Positions 49,499 to 59,271 of a stretch of DNA of 64,000 nt are shown one piece after another. The translations under genes were made by a program, and so were the position numbers. The DNA is from Candidatus Obscuribacteraceae bacterium (GTDB lineage Bacteria; Cyanobacteriota; Vampirovibrionia; Obscuribacterales; Obscuribacteraceae), in contig JBGASG010000002.1 in assembly GCA_044229845.1 (NCBI GenBank), positions 256,001-320,000 on the forward strand. Direction: 5' to 3'. The notes beneath the pieces were generated by a model, which was given only the letters and a program-made list of their open reading frames with translations, ran no database searches and was not told where the DNA came from. Numbering within the stretch: the stretch's first letter is position 1; every line of letters starts with the position of its first letter.

Positions 49499-51517
49499 GT
49501 GCCGCAAAAAAACCTGCTTACAACCACCCTGACAGCCGTCATTTCTACAGTTGCCATTGGCTGGGTGCCGCCGGCAGGTCATGCAGAAAATTCCAGCGCG
49601 CCACCCCCGCCCCCAACATTACCGCTGCCGGCCAACATGGTGCTGGAGAATGTGCCACCAATTCCGGTGGCATTGCGGACCTTGCTCGATCGCTACGCTT
49701 TTTACCGTCAAGCCGGATGCTATTCGTGGCATCCCAAGAAGCGCCAACTTCTGATTGGCACCACTTTTGCCGACACATCGCAGATTCACCATTTGACCCA
49801 GCCGCTGGGAGCGCGCACGCAGTTTACGTTCGCGCGTGAGCGCTCCACCGATGCCTCCTATCAGCCGACTGAAGGCAACTTCTTTATCTTCAGCCGCGAC
49901 GCGGGCGGCAACGAAAATTACCAGAAGTATCTATTTTCACCGGAGGCGCACTCGGAAACGCGGCTTACCGACGGCACGTCCCGCAACCTCCACACGGTGT
50001 GGTCGACACAGGGTGATTGCTTCGCGTACAGTTCCAATGCCCGCAACAAAGACGAAATGGATCTTTGCCTGCTGCAACCTGCCGCATCACCGCCGGTGGC
50101 AAAAATACTCTGCGAGCTGCACGGCGAAGGTTGGGCTCCTCGCGATTGGTCGCCCGACGACAAGCAGATATTGCTGCATCAACAGGTATCCGTCAACGAA
50201 TCGTATTTCTGGCTGGTCGATGTCGCCACCGGTGAAAAACGACGTTTCTTGCCGAAAAATGAAACCAAAGGCGCGCCAGTCGCCTATGGCGGCGGCACGT
50301 TTTCGCCCGACGGCAAGCGCGTTTACATCACCTGCGACCGCGACGGAGAGTTCGACCGGCTGGCCTGGGTCGACGTCGCCACCGGAGAGATCAATTACCT
50401 GACCGCGGATAAATGGAACGTCGATTCCTACGCCCTCTCATGGGACGGCAAGCAGATCGCCTACGTTCAAAATGAAGACGGTTTCTCCGTCCTGCACATG
50501 CTTGACACGCAAAGCGGCAAAGAAATACCGATCGCCGCTGCTCTGCCGAAAGGCACCATCGACGACCTCACCTGGCACAAGAGCAACTGCGAACTGGCTT
50601 TTTCGTTTGAAAACTACGCCACCGCCAATGATGTCTACTCGCTGAGCGCCGACGGCAGCAAACTGGAGCGCTGGACCGAATCCGAAACGGGCTACTTCAA
50701 CGCCGCCCGCGATGCTATGCCACCACAACTGGTGCGGTGGCGATCTTTTGACGGCAAAGAAATTCCGGGACTGCTCTACAAACCGCCGGCCAGGTTTACC
50801 GGCAAACGGCCGGTGATCGTCATGATCCACGGCGGACCGGAGGCGCAGTCGCGAGCGCTTTACCTCAACAAGGGCAACTATTACTTGAACGAACTGGGCG
50901 TGGCGCTCATCTATCCCAACATTCGCGGCTCGTCCGGATACGGCAAAAGCTACATCGCCGCCGACAACGGCATAAACCGGGAAGTAGCGTTCAAGGACAT
51001 CGGCGCGCTGCTCGACTGGATCAAGACGCAACCCGATCTGGACGCAGACCGGGTGATGATTATGGGCGGCAGCTACGGTGGATTTATGACGCTGGCCATC
51101 TCAACTTTGTACAGCGACCGCATTCGCTGCTCCATCGACATCGTCGGTATCTCGAACTTGATCACCTTTCTGGAAAACACCAGCGGTTATCGGCGCGATC
51201 TGCGGCGTGTCGAGTACGGCGACGAACGCGTCGCCGAGATGCGCGAATTCATGAAACGGATTGCCCCGGCTCTGCATGCGGACAAGATCAAGAAACCATT
51301 GTTCGTCGTGCAGGGCGAAAACGACCCGCGCGTGCCGGCCAGCGAAGCACTGCAGATGGTGGCAAAGGTGCGTGAGCAGGGAACCCCGGTCTGGTTTTTA
51401 ATGGCCAAAGACGAGGGGCACGGTTTTAACCGTAAAGCCAACGTCGATTACCTGTTTTACGCCACCGTGCTGTTCGTTAAGAAGTTCTTGCTCGACGAGC
51501 CGGCTCAGCAGCCTTGA
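49499..51517 (+). CDS. S9 family (prolyl oligopeptidase/acylaminoacyl) peptidase, exported
   Basis: Beta-propeller WSPD repeats; HGGP, GGSYGG, NDPRV, DEGHGF. Confidence 0.93.
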   Translation: MPQKNLLTTTLTAVISTVAIGWVPPAGHAENSSAPPPPPTLPLPANMVLENVPPIPVALRTLLDRYAFYRQAGCYSWHPKKRQLLIGTTFADTSQIHHLTQPLGARTQFTFARERSTDASYQPTEGNFFIFSRDAGGNENYQKYLFSPEAHSETRLTDGTSRNLHTVWSTQGDCFAYSSNARNKDEMDLCLLQPAASPPVAKILCELHGEGWAPRDWSPDDKQILLHQQVSVNESYFWLVDVATGEKRRFLPKNETKGAPVAYGGGTFSPDGKRVYITCDRDGEFDRLAWVDVATGEINYLTADKWNVDSYALSWDGKQIAYVQNEDGFSVLHMLDTQSGKEIPIAAALPKGTIDDLTWHKSNCELAFSFENYATANDVYSLSADGSKLERWTESETGYFNAARDAMPPQLVRWRSFDGKEIPGLLYKPPARFTGKRPVIVMIHGGPEAQSRALYLNKGNYYLNELGVALIYPNIRGSSGYGKSYIAADNGINREVAFKDIGALLDWIKTQPDLDADRVMIMGGSYGGFMTLAISTLYSDRIRCSIDIVGISNLITFLENTSGYRRDLRRVEYGDERVAEMREFMKRIAPALHADKIKKPLFVVQGENDPRVPASEALQMVAKVREQGTPVWFLMAKDEGHGFNRKANVDYLFYATVLFVKKFLLDEPAQQP

Positions 51518-51542
51518 CATCGGCGCGTTTTTGCTCTACAGT
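51514..51542 (+). promoter_or_regulatory. Sigma70-type promoter
   Basis: TTGACA(51514-51519)-17 bp-TACAGT(51537-51542). Confidence 0.7.
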
Positions 51543-51547
51543 AGGCA

Positions 51548-52040
51548 ATGGCAGCGCTTTTTGCTGCTATCTGGAAACACTTACTAACAACCAAACGCCA
51601 CGGAGGTGCCGACCAGCGCCGTAGCCGTCACGCTTCTTGTGACTGCCGACGCCATCGACTCCAGAACCGCGCACAGCCCTACGGGACGTGCGCAGTTATC
51701 GCAGCGACAGCCAATTCTTCTCGTCATGCGTCAGCCTGGCATCAAGCTATGCCGCCGTGCCCTTCGGCACTGCATATAGTGGCATGCCTGTGTGCCGGTG
51801 CGCGCTCACGCGCGTCCCGAGCAAACTGCCGGCGCGGATGAGGGGCGGCAGTCCTGCTTCCCCTGACATTGCGAAAGGGGCGAGCTCTTGTTCGCCTCCA
51901 ACCGGACAGGAAAAGAGTTGCCCGCGCCGGACGAACACGTCCGGGCAGTAATACTCTGAAACTGCAAGTCCGGCTGGGGAAAGCGGCCGCATGGGGCAGT
52001 GAAACCGATGAAAATGGTCGCCACTACAGGTGGTGTTCAC
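51548..52040 (+). ncRNA. Candidate large structured RNA or 5' leader
   Basis: No protein-like ORF; about a dozen consecutive stem-loops found by hand; promoter directly upstream. Confidence 0.4.
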
Positions 52041-52057
52041 TCCACGGGTAATCATCC

Positions 52058-52315
52058 ATGTCGAAGACAAATAAACTCGCCTTCATGGCGGCCGTCATGC
52101 TGACAGTCGCCATCGGCACCAACGTGCTCGAGGCCAACGCCCGAACCCGATTCGAGAAACTGCGCATCGCGCCCCCTCAAAGAACCGTCCATGCGCACAA
52201 GTACCGCAAACCGACGCCGATGCCGCTCATGTACAACCAGCGCTCGGTCGCCACATCCTCAACCCATGCGGATGAACTGGCGCAAATTCAGGGAAGCAAC
52301 TCCCTGATTCAGTAG
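52058..52315 (+). CDS. Small exported basic protein
   Basis: Signal peptide ending ANA, 85 aa, followed by a terminator. Confidence 0.65.
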   Translation: MSKTNKLAFMAAVMLTVAIGTNVLEANARTRFEKLRIAPPQRTVHAHKYRKPTPMPLMYNQRSVATSSTHADELAQIQGSNSLIQ

Positions 52316-52371
52316 CAAACTGATTAGATAGATAGTTTTATTTTAGGAAGGCAGAAAACGGTAACCGGGAG

Positions 52372-52395
52372 GAGGAGTCGCAAGACTCCTCTTTT
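52372..52395 (+). terminator. Rho-independent terminator
   Basis: GAGGAGTC-GCAA-GACTCCTC-TTTT. Confidence 0.85.
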
Positions 52396-52429
52396 CGTTC
52401 GGCGTTTCTTTTCGTCGTTTCGTTTTCGT

Positions 52430-52849
52430 TCAGTGCTGGGTGACGATATAGGCGCCAGCACAAATCAGCACGGCTCCCAGCGCCACTTTCCAGGTCAATG
52501 CCTCGGAAAGAAAAATCGCCGCCAGCGCCACCGTCACCACCAGCGAAGCCTTATCGATAGCCGCCACCCGCCCTGCGTCGCCGACTTTCAGCGCCGCGAA
52601 ATAACAGAGCCAGGAGGCGGCACCACACAGTCCACTCAATATCACCGGCAACCAGTCTTTACCGGAGAGTTTCAGCACGGCATCCGGCTTGCCTTGAAAA
52701 AGTAATACCGCCACCAGCATGGCTGTCATCACCAGACAGCGCGCCGTGGTGGCAACGGTGGGATCCACCGCCTTCAATCCGACTTTCCCGAATATAGGCA
52801 CCAGTCCAGCGAACAATGCAGAGCCGACAGCCAACAGGATCCAGTTCAT
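52430..52849 (-). CDS. Small EamA/DMT transporter
   Basis: 139 aa, 5 TM segments; SWLCYFAALK.G....VAAIDK.S. Confidence 0.87.
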   Translation of the reverse strand: MNWILLAVGSALFAGLVPIFGKVGLKAVDPTVATTARCLVMTAMLVAVLLFQGKPDAVLKLSGKDWLPVILSGLCGAASWLCYFAALKVGDAGRVAAIDKASLVVTVALAAIFLSEALTWKVALGAVLICAGAYIVTQH

Positions 52850-52858
52850 AACATCCTC

Positions 52859-54088
52859 TTATCTCGTGCGGGGCAGCGAAAGCGTGAAAGTACTGCCGAC
52901 CCCCAGCTTGCTCTCAATATCGAGCGTACCTCGATGCGCATCGGCAACTGCCTTCACAATCGCCAGCCCCAGTCCGGTGCCCCCGGAAGCGCGCGACCGA
53001 GATTTGTCGACACGGACAAACCGATCGCAAATTCTGGGCAGGCTCTCTTCAGGTATACCTATGCCTGTGTCAGTGACCGCAATTGCTACGGTTTTCTCAG
53101 TAGTCAAAAGTCTCACCACCACGTTTCCGCCTTCGTTTGTGTAACGCAGCGCATTCTCCAGCAAGTTGGAGAGCGCGCGATGCAGCGCCTCGGCATTACC
53201 GGTCACAATCACGCTGGTCATTGCTTCCGCGCTCAATTCTACAGTCTTCTCGCGAAACCGGTCTTTGACTTCTTCAACAGCCGCTCCGGCAACCAGCGCC
53301 ACATCTACCGGTTTTCTCTTCATAGTCAACAGAGGATCTTCAACTTCGGAGAGCAAGAGCAAATCGTTGACCACCTGATTCAAGCGGTCCATAGAGCTAA
53401 CCGCCACCTTCAGATCATCTTCTTCGACACCCAGTTTTTGCAGCCTTCGCTCTAGAGTCTCCAGGCGCGCCTGCAGAATGGTCAAAGGCGTGTTTAGCTC
53501 ATGACTGGCATCGGCCACGAACGTCTTCAAGATCTGAACGCTCTCTTTAATCGGCAAAGTGACACGATATGCCACCCAATAACTGGCAGCACTGAGCAAA
53601 CCGAGAAAAAGCACGCCGATGTAACAGGCACTCACTTGCAGTTGCTGGAGGGCTTCATCCCTTTGCCGAGTCGACTGCTGCAACTGCACATAGCCTCTGG
53701 TCAGGTTGCCTTGCATGATCGGGCTGCAAGCAACGCGCACGCATTGTCCGCCTTGCTTCCACTCTCTGGCGCTCGGAATCAATCGCTCAACCCCAGCCGG
53801 TCCGTAGTGCTCGAGCAATCGGCCTTGACTGTCGAAAAGTTGAATCGTCACCAGCGAACGAACGGGATCGGTTCGCACCGTGCGAATCCAGTCTCTGAAC
53901 TTCGGTCGATCGCCCTGCACATCGATCGCGTGCCCGATCTGCGAAACGATGACTTTCAACTCGTCGTCGATCGATGCCGTCAATCCGTGCTCGAATATAA
54001 CGAGACCGAGCAAACTGAGAGTGATGTAAATGACTGCCGAAAGCCCCACGAACATGAGGGTTATCTTCAGTCGCAGGTCTTCAAACAT
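52859..54088 (-). CDS. Two-component sensor histidine kinase
   Basis: ADASHELNTPL H-box, NLLENA, DTGIGI, GTGLGL. Confidence 0.95.
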   Translation of the reverse strand: MFEDLRLKITLMFVGLSAVIYITLSLLGLVIFEHGLTASIDDELKVIVSQIGHAIDVQGDRPKFRDWIRTVRTDPVRSLVTIQLFDSQGRLLEHYGPAGVERLIPSAREWKQGGQCVRVACSPIMQGNLTRGYVQLQQSTRQRDEALQQLQVSACYIGVLFLGLLSAASYWVAYRVTLPIKESVQILKTFVADASHELNTPLTILQARLETLERRLQKLGVEEDDLKVAVSSMDRLNQVVNDLLLLSEVEDPLLTMKRKPVDVALVAGAAVEEVKDRFREKTVELSAEAMTSVIVTGNAEALHRALSNLLENALRYTNEGGNVVVRLLTTEKTVAIAVTDTGIGIPEESLPRICDRFVRVDKSRSRASGGTGLGLAIVKAVADAHRGTLDIESKLGVGSTFTLSLPRTR

Positions 54089-54762
54089 CAGGAAGTCTCA
54101 AGCTTGTAGCCCATGCCATAGACGTTTTTGATCAAAGAATTTTCCGATGCGCCGTCGATCTTTTTGCGCAAGGTCTTTATATTACTGCGGACGGTCTCAG
54201 CTGTCACAGAACTATCGGAGCCCCACACCTGGTCGAGCAGCGCATCGACCGATACGACCGACTTCTCGTGACGCATCAGGTATTCCAGAAGCATGAATTC
54301 TTTTGGCAGCAAATGCAAAGGCTTGCCTGACTTGGTTACGGTGCAGGCATTGCGGTCCAGTATTAGATCTCCGACCGCAAACTCGGCTTTTGGCGCACCC
54401 TGCCGGCGCAACAACGCCCGCGCGCGAGCGGAAAGCTCGCGCAATTGAAACGGCTTGGTCAGATAGTCGTCTGCCCCGGCATCCAATCCCGACTCTTTCG
54501 ACGTCAGCGAAGAGCGCGCCGTTAAAACCAAAATCGGCATCGCGCCACCATTTCTCCGGTACTGCTTGCAAACTTCGATGCCGTTCAGCTCAGGCAACAT
54601 CAAGTCGAGAATCAATAGATCATACGCTCGCGACTCCAGCAGGGTCATCGCAGAACGCCCATCGCCAGCCAGCTCAACCAGGTGCAGGTCCTCCTCTTGC
54701 AACCAGTTGCGGATCACCTCAGCCAGCTCGACTTCATCTTCCACAAGCAATATCTTTGGCAC
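54088..54762 (-). CDS. OmpR-family response regulator
   Basis: VEDE, DLMLP, GADDYLTKPF, C-terminal wHTH. Confidence 0.95.
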   Translation of the reverse strand: MPKILLVEDEVELAEVIRNWLQEEDLHLVELAGDGRSAMTLLESRAYDLLILDLMLPELNGIEVCKQYRRNGGAMPILVLTARSSLTSKESGLDAGADDYLTKPFQLRELSARARALLRRQGAPKAEFAVGDLILDRNACTVTKSGKPLHLLPKEFMLLEYLMRHEKSVVSVDALLDQVWGSDSSVTAETVRSNIKTLRKKIDGASENSLIKNVYGMGYKLETS

Positions 54763-54769
54763 GATAGAT

Positions 54770-56098
54770 TCACTCGCCTGCTGCTGAGGCCCTTCGTTTG
54801 CCGGCCGTTTCGAGGTCGGTGGCGTTGGCAGCCCTGGTTTGCACGGATGCGCCTGTCTTGTAGTCGTCCGAGCCCTTTAGCAGAATTGTATCTCCCGCCT
54901 GCAAATCACCAACTATCTCGATGCGATTGTCCATCGTATCACCGGTTTTCACCGAAACCACATCGACTTTGCCATTCTTGACGCGGACAACGAATGTATC
55001 GCGCAGCGTCGTTACTACACTGGAGGTGGGCACGAGCAGCGTAGCGTACGGTCGCCTCACTTGCCACTGCACACTTGCATACATGCCAGGCTCCAATTGA
55101 CCACTGGCGTTGTCGACGTCCATTTCCACCGGCATGGTGCGTGTCTCAACGTCTAGAGCATGCCCGATGCGACTGATCGTGCCAGTGAACTTCTTGCCCA
55201 GATAAGCGGGCACAGTGAATGTCAGCTTTTCGCCTAGCTGGGTGCCGGCTACTTCCAGCTCAGGAACCGACACAACCACCCGCAGCCGGTCGGTCTGCAC
55301 CAGTCGCAAAAGCGGATGCGCTTCGCTGTTGCGCGCCGGATCAACCCCAGCCATGTCGCCTTCGTGCACCCAGCGCTCCGTGATCGTGCCGGCAATCGGT
55401 GCTTTGATCGTCAAATATTCTCTGGTCGATTCCAGCGCCTTGAGAGAGCTGGCTTCAGCATTGATGCTTTGCTGCTTAGCCCCAACGACCGACTGCGCCG
55501 CTTTCACTTTCGAACGCGCGGCATTGATGCGGGCTTGATCTCCTTCAACAGTCTTCGCGGCAGTGTCGACTTCGTTTTGAGCCACCGCACCAGGCTCTTG
55601 TGCTGCTTGCTTCAAGCGTTGCAAAGTCAGGTGGTCACTGTCCAGTTTCGCCTGCAATTCCAATTGCGTCGCTTTGTCAGCCTCCAACTGGGAGAGCGCC
55701 TCTGCGTAGCCGGCTCGCGCCGCCGCCAATTTGGCACCCAACTCTTCAACCTGCGCATCGATTTCGGGCGCCGTCAGCTTGATCAGCACCTGCCCTGCGG
55801 CTACTTTCGAGCCGCGATCGACGCCGATCCAGGAAACGAATCCCTTTAGCTTAGAATGCAGTTTTACATCGCGAAACGCCTGCAACTCCGCCGGCAGTTC
55901 AATCGCTCTGTCCATCATCCCGGAAGCGACGGTCACCACAGGCACCTGATCGTCGGCAGGGCGAGCAGTGGTATCACTGCCGACGCTGCCCGCATTGGCG
56001 CCCGACGGTGCAGCCTGATCGCCCGGTGCCGTGCACGACGTCAGCGCCGCCAGCAAGAGCAGGCAAAGGATGTTCAACGCCGTCTCGCGCACTTTCAA
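54770..56098 (-). CDS. RND efflux periplasmic adaptor (MFP), lipoprotein
   Basis: LTSC lipobox, lipoyl halves, coiled coil, IKAPIAG, LEPGMY. Confidence 0.92.
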   Translation of the reverse strand: MKVRETALNILCLLLLAALTSCTAPGDQAAPSGANAGSVGSDTTARPADDQVPVVTVASGMMDRAIELPAELQAFRDVKLHSKLKGFVSWIGVDRGSKVAAGQVLIKLTAPEIDAQVEELGAKLAAARAGYAEALSQLEADKATQLELQAKLDSDHLTLQRLKQAAQEPGAVAQNEVDTAAKTVEGDQARINAARSKVKAAQSVVGAKQQSINAEASSLKALESTREYLTIKAPIAGTITERWVHEGDMAGVDPARNSEAHPLLRLVQTDRLRVVVSVPELEVAGTQLGEKLTFTVPAYLGKKFTGTISRIGHALDVETRTMPVEMDVDNASGQLEPGMYASVQWQVRRPYATLLVPTSSVVTTLRDTFVVRVKNGKVDVVSVKTGDTMDNRIEIVGDLQAGDTILLKGSDDYKTGASVQTRAANATDLETAGKRRASAAGE

Positions 56099-59000
56099 TT
56101 GCTCCCTCCTGCGGATGTTGAGACCGCGTGCGTTTCATGATCGATGTCTTGCGTTGCCAAAAGATCGGCGCTGCGTCGTCCCGCCCGGCGGCGCGCTAGA
56201 GCGAACACCAGAGGCAGGATCAGCAATACAGAAGAGGTTGAGGCCAAAAGTCCTCCGATCACGGCCCGCCCCAGCGGTGCGGTGCGCTCACCGCCCTCTC
56301 CCAATCCGAGGGCCATCGGAATCATTCCTGCGATCATAGCCAGACTGGTCATCAAAACGGGACGCAATCGCGACGAGGCACCACGCAGTGCTGCCTGGAA
56401 CGCGCCGGCACCGCGCATACGCTTTGCCTCCGCAAAAACAACCACCAATATTGCGTTGGCGACACCGACGCCGATCGCCATGATGGTGCCCATGAACGAC
56501 TGCACGTTTATCGTCGTAGAGGTAAGAAACAAAGATGCCAGCGCCCCACAGATAACGGCGGGTATGACGGCGGCAACAGCCAGAGCCAGGGCAAGAGACT
56601 GGAAGTACGCCAGTAGCATGAGCAGAATCACAATCACGGCAAAAGCCACCCCGGCAATTAAGGCATCGAAAGTCGACTTCATGGTCGGCACCTGACCGCG
56701 CACAGTGAGATGCACTCCCCGCGGTGGCTCGTGCAATTTCTTGAGGGCCTTGTTAATCGACCGCACGGAACCGCCCAGATCGTCGCCGGTGATGTTGGCA
56801 GTCAGGCTCACCATACGCCTCATATTGTAATGATCGTATTCACCGACCATGGTGCCGAGCCGGACGCGAGCAGCATCGCGAAGAAACGGTCCTGAAAAAC
56901 TTCCCGTCTTGACCGGGATGCTTTCGATGTCGGTTATGGATTTCATCTGGGCTTGCGGCACTTCGATCTGCACCTGGTATGACAGCCCGCTTGAGGGGTC
57001 GCGCCAGAACACCGGCTCGACAAATCGACTGGAATAAGTGGCAGCAATCTCGGATTTGCCCACATCTCTGGCAGTCAGTCCGAGCTGCCCCGCACGACGG
57101 CGGTCTACGTCGATATTAACGGTGGGATACTCAAGTGGCTGCACGATGCCGACATCACGCAATTGTGGAATTGCCTGCAGCGCCGTCAACACCTCGTGGG
57201 CGTATGCAGAATCGCGCGAGAAGTTTGGACCATCGATGTCGATTTGAATGGGTGTCGGCGATCCAAAGTTCATAATCTGGCTGACGATGTCGCCCGCCTC
57301 GAAAGTAAAAGAAACATCCGGAAAGTCTTTCTTCAAAAGTGGGCGCAGGCGTTCCTGCAACTGCCGAACTTGCACATGCGACTGCGGGCGCAACGCCACC
57401 AGCAAGACTGCTTCTTGCGGTCCGCTAGTCCAGATATACACGTTGCTCACTGCATAACTGGGCGGTTGAGTCCCGACATAGCCTATGGAAATTTCGACGT
57501 TCTGCTCGCCGACTTCGTGCGAAATCACTTGCAATACATCTTGTGCAATCGCTTCGGTCTTTTCAAATCTAGTGCCGGCAGGCGCGCGTAAACGCAATTG
57601 AAACCCGGAAGGATTGCCGGTCGGGAAGATCTCGCTACCCAAAAGCGGATAAACGCAGCAGCAGCAAATCAGGATCAAAGCATAAGCAGCCAGCGCGAAA
57701 GTCGGAGCGCGCAATACTTTCAGCAAACTCCGCTTGTATCGCGCCTCAAACGTGCTGAAGGGCGAACGTCCGCGCCTCGCATGAGCGCTGGCAGCTGGTT
57801 TCAAAATCCATGCCGAGACTACCGGCACAAATGTATTCGACAGCACATACGATGCCACCATGGCAAAGCCGACAGCCAGAGAGAGCGGCACAAACAAAGC
57901 TTGCGTGCTGCCCACCATAAAAAAGGAAGGCATGAACACTGAGACGACGGCAAGCATCGCCAGCAGTTGCGGAGTGACGACTTCGCAACAGGCATCGAAG
58001 ACTGCTCTGGCTACATTGGCTGTCTTATGCAGGTGTGTGTGTATGTTTTCAATCGCGACGGTCGCCTCGTCGACCAGAATGCCGACGGCGAGCGATAGCC
58101 CGCCAAGAGTCATAATGTTGACAGTCTGCCCGCTTGCCCACAGTCCAACAATCGCCGCCAGCAAGGCGACTGGGATGTTCATGACCACAATCAATGCGCT
58201 GCGCCAGTCGCGCAAGAACAACAGCACCGTCAGTCCTGTCAACACCGCTCCCAGCAAGCCTTCAATACAAACGCCATTGATCGCCTCGGTGACATAGATT
58301 GACTGGTCGAACTGGAAGCTCACCTGAATGTCCTCCGGCAACAATGACTGCATGTAGCCAATCTTGTCTTTGATGCCGTTGACGACAGCCAGCGTTGACG
58401 CGCTCGATTGTTTTGAAATCGCCATATACACCGCACGCCTGCCGTTGACTAACGCATATCCGGTGGCGATATCTGTGTCGTCGGCAATATTGGCGATATC
58501 ACGCAAATAGACTGACGGTCCGGACCCCAGTCGCATCGGGATATCACCGAGTTCCGAAATATCACCGACCGTCGAGTCGATAGAGGCGATGCGCTGCACA
58601 TCGCCCGTCCGCACGACCCCGGATGGCACGATCAAGTTGCCGGTCGTCAACCCTTTCACCACATCGTCAAGCGACAGATGATATTCATTGAGGCGCTCGC
58701 TGTTGATCGTGATAACAATCGAACGCTGGTTGCCTCCGAAAGGCGGCGGGGTAGAAACGCCGGGCGTGGTTGAAACAACCGGACGAACGCGCGCGTAAGC
58801 CAGATCTTGAATCTCGGACAGGCTGCGCGCTGGACTGCTGAAAACCAGGAAGCCCACAGGAACATTGCCTACGTCATAACGCAATATAAAAGGCGTCACC
58901 GTGCCGGGAGGCATATAGGCGCGTGACCGTTCCACCTGTGCCACCACTTGCGCCATCGCATCAGCCATGTCGGTGCCCGGCTGGAAGTAAATATTCATGA

Positions 59001-59268
59001 TCGCGCAGCTTTGAATTGCTTTGGAAGAAACGTGATCGACTCCGCTGATATAGAAGAAGTGCTGTTCATAGTTAGTGACCAGGAAACCTTCCATCTGTGC
59101 GGCGTCCATGCCGCCATACGGCTGAACCACAGTAATCATCGGCACGTTCAAGTCGGGGAAGATATCCACCTTCATGCGTGTCAGGGATAGTGCCGCCATC
59201 ACGACCACAGATATGACGACCACCATCATGGTGACAGGGCGGTTCATGGCCAGGCGAATCAACCACAT
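56095..59268 (-). CDS. RND efflux permease
   Basis: 1057 aa; GILVDEA, RLRPVLMTS, PLGRAVIGG. Confidence 0.95.
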   Translation of the reverse strand: MWLIRLAMNRPVTMMVVVISVVVMAALSLTRMKVDIFPDLNVPMITVVQPYGGMDAAQMEGFLVTNYEQHFFYISGVDHVSSKAIQSCAIMNIYFQPGTDMADAMAQVVAQVERSRAYMPPGTVTPFILRYDVGNVPVGFLVFSSPARSLSEIQDLAYARVRPVVSTTPGVSTPPPFGGNQRSIVITINSERLNEYHLSLDDVVKGLTTGNLIVPSGVVRTGDVQRIASIDSTVGDISELGDIPMRLGSGPSVYLRDIANIADDTDIATGYALVNGRRAVYMAISKQSSASTLAVVNGIKDKIGYMQSLLPEDIQVSFQFDQSIYVTEAINGVCIEGLLGAVLTGLTVLLFLRDWRSALIVVMNIPVALLAAIVGLWASGQTVNIMTLGGLSLAVGILVDEATVAIENIHTHLHKTANVARAVFDACCEVVTPQLLAMLAVVSVFMPSFFMVGSTQALFVPLSLAVGFAMVASYVLSNTFVPVVSAWILKPAASAHARRGRSPFSTFEARYKRSLLKVLRAPTFALAAYALILICCCCVYPLLGSEIFPTGNPSGFQLRLRAPAGTRFEKTEAIAQDVLQVISHEVGEQNVEISIGYVGTQPPSYAVSNVYIWTSGPQEAVLLVALRPQSHVQVRQLQERLRPLLKKDFPDVSFTFEAGDIVSQIMNFGSPTPIQIDIDGPNFSRDSAYAHEVLTALQAIPQLRDVGIVQPLEYPTVNIDVDRRRAGQLGLTARDVGKSEIAATYSSRFVEPVFWRDPSSGLSYQVQIEVPQAQMKSITDIESIPVKTGSFSGPFLRDAARVRLGTMVGEYDHYNMRRMVSLTANITGDDLGGSVRSINKALKKLHEPPRGVHLTVRGQVPTMKSTFDALIAGVAFAVIVILLMLLAYFQSLALALAVAAVIPAVICGALASLFLTSTTINVQSFMGTIMAIGVGVANAILVVVFAEAKRMRGAGAFQAALRGASSRLRPVLMTSLAMIAGMIPMALGLGEGGERTAPLGRAVIGGLLASTSSVLLILPLVFALARRRAGRRSADLLATQDIDHETHAVSTSAGGSN

Positions 59269-59271
59269 AGA

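Noticed and set aside
51548..52040. RNase P RNA, tmRNA, SRP RNA or group II intron
   Set aside because: Hallmarks not found on either strand (GAGGAAAGTCC/AACCCGGCTTA, tRNA-like ends, GGAAGGAAGCAG loop, domain V)
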